Assembly: GCF_036321535.1 (NCBI RefSeq)
Contig: NC_087472.1
Coordinates: 101,372,001 to 101,436,000, forward strand
From: Camelus dromedarius
Taxonomy: Eukaryota
Direction: 5' to 3'
Length of the DNA: 64,000 nucleotides
Under the pieces are notes generated by a model. That model saw nothing but the letters and a program-made list of their open reading frames with translations. It searched no databases and had not been told where the DNA came from. Position 1 is the first letter of the stretch, and each line of letters begins with the position of its first letter. The position numbers were made by a program, and so were the translations under genes. Below are positions 23,870-36,225 of the stretch, in pieces.

Positions 23870-24335
23870 TTTTAATCAGTTAGGATTAGGTTCAGCTGAA
23901 AAGTAATTGTAGGATTAGGTTCAGCCAAAAAAGAAAAAAAACCCACAGTGGCATCAACAAGACAGAAGTTTTTGTCTCTCACATAAATGTAAGCAGTAAG
24001 TCTACTGTAGCAACTTTAGAATCCCCAGGGTCACAGGCTCCTTTTATTTTGATGCTCTGCTATCCTTAAGACCTGGTTTCTGCTTCATGGTCCAAAAATG
24101 TCTGCTCAAGCTCCATCCATCACATTCATATTCCACCCAGCTAGAAGGAGGAAAAGACAAAAACATGTCCTATTTAAAGATACTCTCCAGATTTTGTATA
24201 GCACTCATCCACCTCTGCCTCATTGATCAGAACTTAGTTATGTTGCCACAACTAGCTAAAACTTGCACCTAGCTAAAAATGGAGGCTCTGTTTCTAAGGG
24301 AAAAAAAGGAATTGGATGATAACTAGTGGTGTCTT
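23870..24335 (-). mobile_element. MaLR LTR (MLT1-like)
   Basis: tcagttaggattaggttcagctg; ggtccaaaaatgtctgctcaagctccatccatcacattcatattccacccag; cattgatcagaacttagttatg. Confidence 0.65.
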
Positions 24336-24602
24336 GCAAGGGACTTTTGATTTCAAACAATAGAAACTTGACTCTGGAAAAATTAAGCAAAAGGGGAATT
24401 TACTGGATGGCTATTGGGTGTTTCACATATTTGATAGGCTGAGTAGAGGGGCAGGCTCTGAAAGTGGGCAAGTGATCTATGCAGAACACTACCATCAGTC
24501 TAACCCTCAGAGCTGCCAATACCACCAGACTCTAAATGCTGCCACCAATGCTGTGTATAATTTCTGAAATGTCCCTGCACCTTGGCATCATTCTTTCTAG
24601 GA

Positions 24603-24699
24603 CCATGCCGTCCAATATGGTAGTTACTGGTGGTACCACATTGGACATGCAGATGTAGGACATTTCCATCATTGCAGAAAGTTTAACTGGACAGTGCTG
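24603..24699. mobile_element. Short MER3-like MITE inside another MLT1-like fragment (~24340-24860)
   Basis: gtccaatatggtag...catttccatcattgcagaaagtttaactggacagtgctg. Confidence 0.65.
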
Positions 24700-25024
24700 T
24701 TCTATACTCAAAGTCCTAAACCAAGGCATCGAATTTGACGAACTACTTTATATGCCTACCTCTGGGCCACCAGGAGTGCCCCATCAAGATGCAACAGAAC
24801 TTGCTCAAAATAGGAAGAGGGGGTTGGATGATAGGCAGCTAAAAAAGCAGGAAATGTCCTCTCAACACTTACTGACAGTGTGATCTTAGGCTAAGTACTT
24901 GTCTAGCCTCAACTTTTGCATTTGTACAATGGAAATAATGATAACTGCCTCTTAGGATTGTTAGAAAGATAAAAAGATATGAAAATTACTAGGACAATCT
25001 GGGTTAATAGAGTCTTAGCTATAA

Positions 25025-25360
25025 TGCCTTGATTGGACCCCAGTTTGAGCAACCAGCTGCAAAAGACATTTGAGAGACAATTGAAGGAAATTTTAATAAA
25101 GACTGAGTGTTAGATAATATTAGGGAATTATCGTTAATTTTGTTAGGTGTGATAATGGCATTTTGATTATATAGAATGTGATTAAGTTTTTAAGGGTAAA
25201 ATATTATGTCTCTATTCTAATAGTGATTCTAAAATACAAAATAGATGAAATAAATATGGCAAAATGTTAATTGTTAAATCTAGATGATAGGTAAATGGGT
25301 GTTATTCTCCTTAGTTTCTGTTATTTTTGACATTTTTTTTCATAATTTATTCAAACAAAG
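25025..25360 (+). mobile_element. Old L1 (L1MC/L1ME-like) 3' end
   Basis: gactgagtgttagataatattagggaattatcgttaattttgttaggtgtgataatggcatt. Confidence 0.7.
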
Positions 25361-26364
25361 AAAAAAAGTACCAGATTTATAACAGGAGTTCAATAAATAT
25401 GAATTTCTCTTTTTTCCTCCATAGTCTTAGGGAACTAAGATGTCTTCTCAAAACAGTTGGAATGTTTTCCATTCTTTTCCCATCCAACCTGCCCTAGTTT
25501 TCCCGAGGCTCCACCTACTTAAAGGCTTCTCGCACTTCCTGTGACAGCGCACTCTCTGTATCTGCGGAGTGTTTTAAATACAAGGAGTAATTCGCTCACG
25601 AATGGAAGGAGCCTTGCAAAGGGGCACTTGTAGACAGCACTGGTAGTGGATTCGGAGATTTTCCCCTTGTGCCATAGCAGGGGTTCAAAGAAAGAAAAGT
25701 CAGTGTATCAGTGTTCATCTTCATATTTGTCAGATCATTCCCCTTTTCCTGATGCCTAATCCAGAAAGAAGTGGTGTCTGGAAAGAGGGGGATGTGGCAG
25801 CCAGTTTTTCATTTTTAGTTGATCTACTTTTTCAGTAAATGTAGAGGAGAAAAGGATAGAAGTTTGGAAGGGTTGAGTCACTTCACAAAGATCAATAGTG
25901 AGAGATATGGAAGTGGATCCAGAGTGGACCAGCTGATTTTCCCTCTGAGTGGCAGTGGGAAATGACTTTCCCAAAATGTGGATTGTAAAGCATTTGGTAA
26001 ATAAATGGCAAGCTATGAAGGCTAAATAATGTCTTCTTGTAGTGTCAAAATATCAACACTTTCCACGTGCATGTGAGATTAGGGCAAGTGGAATGCCATC
26101 CTCCTGGCCAAGATCATCAGTGCAAAGGTAAACCAGCTCACGGTGCAGGATCTATCTTTAAGTATTATGTGCCAAAATATCAGCCTTGCACACAAGAAGC
26201 AAGCATCTTGAGATCCATAGCCATCCTCAGTGTGAGAGCTGATAAAATAGTGACTAAATAAGAAAGCTAGTTTTATTTCGGTACAATAAGTGAAACAATT
26301 TATAATGGCATTTAAAAACCAGATTTCCCCCTAAAACAGTATGTTTCAAAGTTTCACAATGAAC

Positions 26365-27767
26365 CTTCTGCTTCCAGCAGCAATATGGTGGTGGTGGTGG
26401 TAGTGTGTGTTGGGGGTAGGTGCTCTAAGGAGCTGTCCCACTGCATAGTAGCTATGTCCTGGATATAAATCACTCTTCAGGGCACTTCTGGTTTTGCAAG
26501 TGGTTGGAGAGATTTCCAAAGACTTCCACAACAGCTACCTGCCAAATAAAAACTAACCCAAACTCGGACCGGAGCAGGAAGCCGTAAACTGCAAGTGATA
26601 GGTGTGGGGGAAAAGGCCTTGAGTGTAGATACCAATAGCAACATTTACAGAAATACTTAGCTGTGGACCAGGATTGAGGTGGAGATGCTGAACATGGGAC
26701 CCATTTACCAAGCCAAGATCCTTACAGGGGCTGAAGTGGTCTTAGATCAGAGGTGTCACCAAGTTTCTGTTGAAGCAAATCCTCCTCGGAAAAAGCTTTT
26801 TTAATTTAGACCTAGAGGACTCCCACAGATTAAAATCAAGCAATAAGTTCACAATATGCTGAGGCAAGCCACCATGAACCAGAGGCAGCATAAAAAAACA
26901 TAATAGATTTGGATCTCCACAACGATTGGAGATAGAGGAATTTTCAGATACAGACTACAGAAAAGCTATGTATGAATTGTTTAAAGACGTAAAAGATGCA
27001 GTCACACAGATGAGCAGAGAACAATAGGCTAGCAGAAGTAACCAGGAGGATTTTTTTAATGGAGCATCTATAAATAAAAAAAACAATTATTGAAAAAAAC
27101 CCTGACTGGTTAAACAGTAGATTAAATCCAGCTGAAGAGAGGATTAGAAATTACACAGAATGCAGTACAGACAGGGACAGAGACGGAAAATATAAAAGAG
27201 AGATTAAGTGATTGAAGTCTAGAATGAGACGATCAAACAGAAATCTAAATGGAATTTCAGGCTAAGGGGGGAGAGAGAGAGAGATAATGGCCTGCATCTT
27301 CCAAGACAGATGAAAAACATAATAACACATATCCAGGAATCATAGCATATACTAAGAAGGATGTTAAAAAACAGAAAATTCATGCCTAAACACATCATAA
27401 CTCAACTGCAGAACACCAACTGCTGAGAGATCTTAAATGGGGCCAGAGAGAAAAGATGGATCATGTTCAAAGGAATGACAATTAGACTAACAGTTGCCTT
27501 CAACAACAATGGAAATCAGAGGACAGTAGAATAATATTTTCCAATTGTTGAGAGAAAATAACTTACAGCTTAGAATTGTGTGCTCAGAAAATCGTATTTC
27601 AAGGAGGCTAAAATTAAGATATTTATAAATACATGAAAAACTAGGTATTTACTACCAAAAGATCTTCACTGAAGAAACCCCTAAAAGATGTACTTCAGGA
27701 AGAAGGAAAATTATGTCAGAAGGATGATCCAAGATGCAAAAAGGAATGGTGGGCAATAGAAACATAC

Positions 27768-27798
<31 letters not shown>

Positions 27799-28800
27799 TA
27801 TGAGTGACTATGTAAAAATGTATATATATATACACACACAGATATATATGAGCAAATAATATTTAGGGGAAAAAAGGAATACTAAAGTCAAATTTATAGA
27901 GTTTAAAAATGATAAAAATAAAATATTGCACAGTAATTACATACAAGTCAGGAGAAGGGAGATCTCCTAAAATCCTTAAGAAAAGGGTTGGCAATTTTTT
28001 TTTTCTGTAAAAGGGCAGATAGTAAATATTCTAAGTTTTACAGACCATGCAGTCTTTGCCATGACTGTGAAATTCTGCCATTGTAGCATGAAAATGGCCA
28101 TAGACAGTACAAAAATGAAAGAACAGGATTGTGTTCCAATGAATCTTTGTTTACATAGACAGGTGGTAGGCAGATTTGATCATTGGGCCATAGTTTGCCA
28201 ATCCCTGTTCCCTAGGGAAGTTAAAATATTGTTTAATTTTTTACTTTGTAAGTTAAATATACATGACAAAATTTCAAGAGTAATCACTAAAAGAATAAAA
28301 AAAGTCTATAAAGTTCAAACAAGTAAAAAGAAACAGTGAAAGAAGGAAACAAATGGACAAAAACCCATAAACAATCCAAAAAATGGCAAGAAATAAGAAA
28401 GAAAAAAGTCACAGAAGAAGCAGGACAAATGAAAAAATAAGGTGGCAAACCAAGTCGAAATATAATTACTATTTCTCACCAAACATGCAAGTGAATTAAA
28501 CTAGCCAGTTAAAAGACAGAAATTTACAGATAAAGGATTTTTGAAATGTAGCTGTCTGTCCATTTTAAGAGCCACTCTTAAGGCATAAGAATGCAGAAAG
28601 GCAGAAAGTAGCAGGATAAAAAGGCACACCAGGCAATTACTAACCCAAAGAAAGCTACATTGGGGGATATAGACTTTAAGATGAAAAGCATTATCAGGGT
28701 TAGAAGGGGTCACTAGATCATTAGAAAGGATTCAATTCCTCAGAAAGGTAAAGTAATTCTAAACTTGTACGCACCTAATAAAATAGTCTAAAATGCATAA
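26365..28800 (+). mobile_element. Ancient L1 5' half (degenerate 5' UTR, ORF1, start of ORF2 endonuclease), interrupted by MER58 and a (TA)n(CA)n tract
   Basis: A-rich ORF1-like text at 26930-27750 (aaacagtagattaaatccagctgaagagaggattag; aacaatggaaatcagaggacagtagaataatattttc); 28756-28779 translates ILNLYAPN, an L1 endonuclease motif; left boundary uncertain. Confidence 0.7.
27983..28207. mobile_element. MER58A-like hAT-Charlie MITE
   Basis: TIRs agggttggcaa / tttgccaatccctg; internal tctgtaaaagggcagatagtaaatatt and ctgccattgtagcatgaaaatggccatagaca. Confidence 0.85.
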
Positions 28801-29734
28801 ATATTGGCAGGGGAAACAGCCCATTGGGAGACCCTGGGATTGGGTGATGATTTTAGGAGCTTAATGAGATTGAACACTTAAGTAACCAAGGTCAGAGAAT
28901 TATGTGCTTCCTATCCTTAAAAGCAGAGACACACCCCAAAACAGAGTAGTGTTAAGACCACCTAACACCATAAAAAGGAATGTGTGTGAGTGTGTTTTAA
29001 ATTTAAGTTAATTAATTAGAGAGATTCCCAAAGGGGTATGGGGGGAGGGCGGTGCTAGAAATTTCCTATTTACATAATAGCCCAGAGGCTGGCTGGAATC
29101 CATTATTAGATTCCCCGCATGTGTGCCCTGGAAAAACTGAGCAGAGGCGAGACCATATGGCCAGCACGAGAAGAAAGCTCATGGGGTAATTTTACAAAGG
29201 TAATGCTTGCCCTACACAAAGGAGATCCACCCCAGCTTTATTTATTTCAGTAAATGGGGACTTGGCCAGCTAAGGTTGATATTAGCAACACTGAGAAGAA
29301 TCATATAGGGGAAAAAACACTCAAAACACAATTCTGAGGTCATTAATCATTCTCATCATCATCATCAATCAATCAGTTCAGGCTACAGTGGTGTGTATAC
29401 ACAACATTGAGAATATCTGCTCTTTGCCTTCGTAGATCAGACACTCCCTTTGTAGAAAAAAACGCAAGTGAACAGTGAAAAGACCCAAAAAAAAAGTCCA
29501 TCTCCTTATATACATGACTCATCTCTGAAAGGTTGAGTCCAGGACTGGTGATGGCTCAGCAGCTCTGAGCATAGAAAGGACTGAGTCCCCTAAAAAATGG
29601 AAGGTGGAGGGGCTAAGGGAGACTTGCTAAACATGACTGTTCTGAGAATCATGGGTGGGGCAGAGAGGTGGGGCTAAGGGCGTCAAAGCATGACGCTTTA
29701 GGCTTTTGGTTGCTACAGGAGGAGTGAGGCGTGC

Positions 29735-29960
29735 TGGTTCTCTTCCTTTGTCTCACTTCTCCCCCCACCCCAGCATCCCCCAGATTGATTCCCTACCTCT
29801 CTCTGCCTTACTCTGTGCCCAGGGAGGCTGAGCACTGTGGGTGGCATTGCCTGGGCTCATTTGCTGACTGGCTTCCCATAGAGACTGAGCAGGAAGGCAG
29901 AGGGCAGGAGGAGAAAGCAGTGAGGGTCTTGCCTCCTTGCTTCCTCTCTGCTTTGGCAGT
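29735..29960 (+). mobile_element. ERVL LTR33-like fragment
   Basis: ctctgtgcccagggaggctgagcactgtggg...ggcagagggcaggaggagaaagcagtgagggtc. Confidence 0.55.
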
Positions 29961-30019
29961 GCATCACTTTAGAACTCTGTTCAACCTCCAAAGACCCTTT
30001 GGCTATAAACAGCCCTACT

Positions 30020-30268
30020 GTAACAATAATGGCTAGCATTTATTGAGTGCTTTCTGTGTTCCAGTGCTTACTATAACTATAACTCAGTATATTATATAGA
30101 TGAACTTGTTGAATCCTCCCAACAGCCTCATGAGGTAGGAACTCTATTTACAGATGGATAACTGTGACACAGAAAGGTTAACTAACTTGCTCAGGGTTAA
30201 TCAGCCACTTGGTACAGAGTTGAGATTTCAACCTAGGCTATTTGGCTCAAGGGTCTATATTCTTAACC
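30020..30268 (-). mobile_element. MIR SINE
   Basis: aataatggctagcatttattgagtgc...ttacagatggataactgtgacacagaaaggttaactaacttgctcagggt. Confidence 0.85.
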
Positions 30269-30269
30269 C

Positions 30270-31415
30270 CCAATAGAAATACAATGCAAGTCACATATGT
30301 AATTTAAATTTTTTACTAGCCATATTAAAAGACATGAAATGAAGTAAGTGAAATAAATCTTAGTAATATACTTTATTGAACCAAATATATCTAAAATGTC
30401 ATCTCAACATATAATCAATGTTTCAGAAATTATTAAGACATTTTACTTTCTTTTTTTGTATGAAGTCTTCAAAATCTGATATGTATTCTGTACTTGTAAC
30501 ACATCTCATTTTGGATGCTAAATTTTCATTGGAAATACTTGATCTGTATTTAGATTTCATAAAATTTACAGCTGGAAAAGCAAGTTAACATACTTAAGTT
30601 ATTCCAAACATATTTAAAAGTTTTCCAATAACTGAATTGAATAATAGTTTTATTCTTTATTTTTATTTTTAATAAGCTTTTTATTTTAGAATAATTTTAT
30701 GTTTACAGAAGAGTTACAAAGATGGAACAGAGCTTCCTGTAAATAACTTAGTATGTTTCCTTATTAACATCTTACATTACTATGGACATTTGTCACAATC
30801 CAAAACACAACATTGCTGCATTACTATTAACTAAACCCCAGCCTTTATTTGGATTTCACCAGTTCTTCCACTAAGGTCCTTATTCCTTTCCAGGATCCAT
30901 TCCAGGACACCACATTGCATCTAATCATGTATCCTTAGTCTCTTCTGGTCTGTGACAGCTTCTCATACGTTCCTGGTTTCTTGTGACCTTGACAGTTTTG
31001 AGAATTACTGGTCAGATATTTTGAAAAATTTCCCTCAGTTGGGATTTGACTGGTATTTTCCAACAGGATTTGGAGAGGAAGACCACAGAAGTGAATTGCC
31101 ATTGTTATCACATCATATTGAGGGTACATGCTAACAACGTGATCTATTACTGGTGATATTGATCTTGATCATTTGACTGAGATAGTGTTTGCCAGGTTTC
31201 TACACTCTAAGTTACATTTTTTTCTCCCTTTCTATATTCTATTCTGTGGAAGCAAGTCACTAAGCACAGCCTTTATTTAAGGATGGTGGGGGAGGGGGAG
31301 GGATAAAGCTCCAAGTATGAGTTTTAAATTTAAATTTATTAAAATTAAATTTAAAAATTAGTTTCTGAGTCACACACCCATATTTCAAGTGGCTACCATA
31401 TTGGATAGTGCAGCA
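30270..31415. mobile_element. Charlie1/MER33-family hAT element split by an L1 insertion
   Basis: Left part caatagaaatacaatgcaagtcacatatgtaatttaaatttt (30271-30650); right part aaattaaatttaaaaattagtttctgagtcacac...gtggctaccatattggatagtgcag (31320-31415). Confidence 0.75.
30655..31315 (-). mobile_element. L1MC-like 3' end nested in the Charlie1/MER33 element
   Basis: ttttattttagaataattttatgtttacagaagagttacaaagatg; ccaggatccattccaggacaccacattgcat. Confidence 0.8.
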
Positions 31416-31714
31416 CTGTACATGACCACATTTCAGTATTCAAGGCAAGAGGTAGCTGGTGAGGAGATGAGATGCTGAAGAGGGAGCTGATGGGCCTGAG
31501 TTAACTGGAAGGAGGAGTGATGAAGAGTGATGAGAGATAAAGATGTCCTAAGCAGAACTTTTGAAGGTCAAGGCCAAAAGATAAGTTAGTGAGAAGCATT
31601 AACACAACATGGTGTGTGTGCATGTGAAGAAAGGGGGAGGAATGGAGAGATATTCCAGAGAATATACACCCTAACTGTGTGCTCAAATTGGGTCTTGGAT
31701 TTTAGTAAAAAGTT

Positions 31715-31900
31715 TGAACTTACAAATCTAGGCTCGTGTTTTAACTGTGCCATTTCTTAGCTGTGTGATGATCTTGGGTGAGCCACAAATTCTGTCAGCT
31801 TATTTCCTCATCTCCAAAATGGGGTAGGTCATAGTACTTACCTCGTGGGGACATTGTGAGACTCAAAGGGTATATGTCTTTCAAAGGGCTTCATAGTCTG
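31715..31900 (+). mobile_element. MIR SINE fragment
   Basis: ctgtgccatttcttagctgtgtgatg...tttcctcatctccaaaatggggtagg. Confidence 0.65.
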
Positions 31901-31939
31901 TACTGTAATCTACAAATGGAGCCATGTAGTGGGGTGGTA

Positions 31940-32318
31940 TGGGTGGCCAGTGGGAGACATGAGCAGGAGGTCTGAGTGGTGGGAGAGAGAAGCCAAAGGA
32001 TTTCTTCCCTACTCTTTCCCTGCTTTGGCATCTTGTCTCAGGTAGTATCTACAACCTTCAGAATGACAGCTCCTACTAGGAGGCCCCTCTTCCATGGCTC
32101 CAACTCCCACCAGGCTTAAGTAACACTATTTCCTCCCCTTGTCCCTACAGCCCTAGGGGTGGCAACAGCTTCCCACTCTTGCTGGTTCCTGAGTGCCTTG
32201 CCATCTCTGTTTATTCCCCTAATCCTGCCCCTACCTCAATGTGTTGTTCCTTCAATTGAGCTTTCTTAATTTAAATCGTCTGGTATGAATTCTCTGTTCT
32301 GCTTGGCCCCTGACTGTG
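31940..32318 (+). mobile_element. ERVL LTR33-like
   Basis: gtaacactatttcctccccttgtccctacagccctaggggtggcaacagcttcccactcttgctgg; ends ggcccctgactg. Confidence 0.7.
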
Positions 32319-32679
32319 GTGAAGATGATAGAGACTGTCGAGAGCGACATGTAGGGTCAACTGAAGGGGACGAGAATAATGTGTGGACTGTGCTGACTGA
32401 ATTCAGGACTAATCAGGCTCTGAACCAACACGTTGTCAGTGAAATCAGAGGAGAGAAGACATTTTGGAGTAAAGTTATATAAAGAAGCATAGAAGATGCC
32501 AGTAGTGTGGGTGAGCTAGGGAACAGAGAGAGAGTGGAGTTAAAGGCTAAATGGAGGTTTCCTTGCCAAGTGCACCAAGAAGTCAGCCAGACCATAAAAG
32601 CCAAAGACACATAGCCCCCAGCCAAGCAGGAGGCACTGCCCACAGTGACGAAGACATCAAGAGGCCATACTTGGTTTTA

Positions 32680-32975
32680 AAAAGAGTATGGATATTGGAT
32701 TCTTACAAACGTGGTCCTGATTCCACACTGACTGACTATGTGTCCTTGGGACATTTAATTGACCTCTCTGTACTTATTTTCTCATATGGAAAATGAGGTA
32801 GAGTTGTGAGATTTAGATAAATAAAAGCCATTTGTTCATTCATTCATAGTCTACAAATATTTTTTGAGCACTTATCATGTGCCAGGCACTATTCTAGGCC
32901 CAGCAGTAAATGAGACAGGTAAGGTCCCTGCTTTCATGGAACATTCTAGTGAGGAGAACTGACAATGAATAAGTA
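32680..32975. mobile_element. MIR (+) fragment followed by an L2 3' end (-)
   Basis: gtgtccttgggacatttaattgacctctctgtac; ttcattcattcatagtctacaaatattttttgagcacttatcatgtgccaggcactattctagg. Confidence 0.75.
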
Positions 32976-32979
32976 CGCT

Positions 32980-33417
32980 TTCTTAAGTCAGGTTCCCTGG
33001 AAACAGACTGCAATGGAGATCTGCATGCAGGAGGTTCATTATGGATGCTCTTAGGAACAACACTGGTAGGGGAGGGAGGGAAGAGAGACTCAGCACACAC
33101 TGGCAGGAGAAATTGAGCTGTGATGCAGGTGTAATAGAGGCTTCAGCCACCCCCGCACAAGCTCTGGAACTGGGATAGCCCTTCAGAGTTGCCCCAAGGC
33201 AAGGCAAGTATGTCAGCCTTTTTACTCCCACTTTGACCAGTCCTTAAATCCAGGCTGCCCCAGGGAAGAGGTGTGATCAAAGGCCAAGTGGTTTTTTCCA
33301 AGGACAGTTCTTGGGGGGACACTCAGCTGAGTACACTCAGCAGTTGTCACTCCCAACACCTGGAGGAATGAGTACCATTCCTGAGGATCTAGAGGGCACA
33401 ACAAAGCATCTGTGACA
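32980..33417 (-). mobile_element. ERVL LTR16-like solo LTR inserted in L2 (L2 resumes at ~33420-33530)
   Basis: tcttaagtcaggttccctggaaacagactgcaatggagatctgcatgcaggaggttcatt. Confidence 0.75.
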
Positions 33418-34124
33418 TAAATTAGTAATTGAACATGATAATTTCTGGCAATAAGTGCTATGAAGAGCCCAAAACTGGATAGTATGATAGTTCTGGGAGT
33501 TGGACACTTACATTAAATTAGGTAGGGGAAGCTGTGGCACATCATAGCTGCTCAGTAAGAGCTGGTTTTATTACTTTTCCTTTTGCTTTGTTGAGCTATG
33601 TAGACATTAACCCATCATGAGAAATATATGATGCCACTTTTCTAAATGAGGCGGACTCCTAGATGCTATGGAGGTTGCAGAAAAGTAGCAGACATTATCT
33701 CTGCCTCCTAGGAGCTTGCAATGTAGTAGAGGAAGGTAAGGGATATAGAAAATTAGCAAACAATACTGGGTGGTATAGCAGTAGTGCCAGCAGATGATAC
33801 AAACAAGGTTATGAGTGTCTTGATCCTTTAAGCCTAGGTAGAATTTAACAGGTGGAAAACAGTTGGGAGGGCAGTTTGGTCAAGAAGAATAACTGGAGCA
33901 AAAAACGGTGCTCTGGGAATGGGCATGGAGTGCTTGAGTGTTTGATTTGTCAGTTTGGATCTGCAGAGCCAGGCTGTTGTCCTTATCCTTGGCCCGTGAT
34001 GTTTTTCTGGAGCATTATCAGGATTGTCCAAAGTTAGAATGTCACTAAGACCCATTTCTTAGACATACGAGATCTTGCCGTACTTTGGTGGGTGGTGGTT
34101 GTGTCGGTGGGAGTGCCAGAATGG

Positions 34125-34420
34125 GACTGGGAAGTTCCAGGAGCTTCTTAATAAGGAGTGAAAGAAGCCTGAGAGTGTGAGTCCAGGCAACCGTGACAAT
34201 GGTGGTCCCACCAATGGAGGTGGGACTTGTAGGCAAGTGGAATGTGGGATCAGATTCCTCGAGAGAGGTTGGGAATGAGGTGTAGTTTTGTAATAATATC
34301 TGTAGAGCTAATGTCTTGAAACCAGTAAGGTGGGTGAGAGCCCCAAGAGAGAACTTATGAGAAAAGACTGGAGTGCTGGAAGCCTTTGAGAGGCACTTGG
34401 AAAATGGATCCTGTGTTACT
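34125..34420 (-). mobile_element. L2 LINE fragment
   Basis: gtgacaatggtggtcccaccaatggagg; tgtcttgaaaccagtaaggtgggtgagagccccaagagagaac. Confidence 0.5.
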
Positions 34421-35314
34421 TTAAGAGAGACAGACATGGGTCCTTGAAAATGTGTATTCTAAGTGTTTTCAGAAGCTAAGATGTTCGGCAAGACCCATAG
34501 GCATCAAGAAGAAAGAAATGGCTGCAGTTTCAGAGATTTAGCCCTAGTACATTTTCTATTTCTTGGTTTGAAAGACTTGGTTGGTAGCAGGGGTCTGTGG
34601 ATTCCGAGGGTTTGAACTTGAAGGGGATGTCATTTTTGTTAACCTTTAACCAAGAAGGCAGTCAGGGAGGAGATAAATTATCTGCCCACTGAGGAATAAT
34701 GGTTGCATTCAAAGAGAGAATAGGAGATTACTGAGGCGCTACTGCGAACGACCCCATGACCCTTCTCTTCATTGGAGGATTGATAGAGAAAAGGTTCCCC
34801 CCACTTTTTCTCTGGGCATTAAAGGTGAAGTCCCAGGAGTACTAAGGAAGGGGTGACAGGGCAACTTGAAAAATTAAGGAGGATATGAATCAATTAAACA
34901 AGGAGGCATTTATCCGAGACTTCTAAAGCAACTAAAGAAAATGTATTAACTTCCTAATGAAAATATTGTTATCCAATTCATCATTGGAAACAGCTCCTTT
35001 GGTAACTGCTGCATTCACCACTTTAGGAAGTTGCTTAGCAGGATCCAGGATCTTGGGATTTCATCTGCAAAGCCTACATATTGTTGGTCAAGAGGCAGTG
35101 ACAGAAGGGTTTAGATGACAAAGAATAGAATTTTGTGCCACCGTTTTGAAGTGTGGTTAGGACAGTGGTTGAAGTTACTCAGTCAGTACTTGCTCTAATG
35201 GGGTAAACACTAGGAGTTGGTGCCCAGGTGGCTAGTTTAGACTCTTCAAAGATCGCTAGAGATGGGGAAAGTGGAGGCCTGAGGACTGAGGAGAAATAGG
35301 ATGTCAGATGGTAA

Positions 35315-35510
35315 GTACTTAAAAAGCATAAATGAATAAGGTCCATAGTCTAGTGAACAGCACTGCAGCAACTTGATTTTCCTGGTTTTGATATTCTGCT
35401 AGTATCGTATTAGATTTCACCTTCAGAGGAAGCTGGGTGAAGGGTACATGGGGCTCTGTACTATGTTGCAATGAGTCTATCATTATTTCAAATAAAATGG
35501 TTAAAAGAAG
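35315..35510 (+). mobile_element. Old L1 (L1MC/L1MD-like) 3' end
   Basis: gaggaagctgggtgaagggtacatggggctctgtactatgttgcaatgagtctatcattatttcaaataaaa. Confidence 0.75.
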
Positions 35511-35574
35511 TCCTGCCTGGGTGGGGGGAAGAGCAATTTGCATGAACTAGAATAAATATACGTGTGACTCTATA

Positions 35575-35775
35575 CGCTTTCTTAACGCTTTCACATATCT
35601 TTTCTCATTTGCACCTCCCACCAACACTGTTAGGCAGCAGAGGTATGCTATTGTCCCTATTTTATAGATGAAGAAACTGAGGCTCAGAGAGATAAAGTCA
35701 CTCACCTTTGGTCCCAGAGAGCAAATTACAAACGCAGGGCTCAAATTCACATCTCTGAGTTCCGATTACTATGAT
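35575..35775 (-). mobile_element. MIR SINE
   Basis: ccctattttatagatgaagaaactgaggctcagagagataaagtcactc. Confidence 0.85.
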
Positions 35776-35799
35776 TCCTTGAGTCCAAACCCGTCTGGC

Positions 35800-36225
35800 C
35801 TAGATTAGGTCACAAACACACACAGACCCTGAAACAAGGATTTAAGGGCAAGAAGCATATTTGGGAGGTGGTCTGAAGCTCCGGCAGGGAGCAGGGAAGC
35901 ACAGCAGGAAAGAGGTAACTAAGGAACATATTGCCTCTCTGGGCCAGCTGGGGCTCATTCCCACCGGGGGACTCTGGGAGTGATATCCAATGAAGGGCCA
36001 AGGAAGCCGGTGTATTTACCTCTCAATCCATCCAATATGGAGTGAGGGCTGCTCTCTTGAGGTGCTTACTCCATGGGCCCTCTAGATTATTCCATTCCCA
36101 GGCCAAGAGAAAACCTCAGGCAGAGTCATAGGCAGTGCTTCAGGTAAGACACCATCAGCATATAGTGGAGAGAGAGGTTAGTGCATAGGAGATGTGGGCA
36201 GGATCCCCACCAACAGTGACTATCC
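35800..36225 (-). mobile_element. ERVL LTR16-like
   Basis: cagaccctgaaacaaggatttaagggcaagaagcatatttgggaggtg. Confidence 0.7.
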
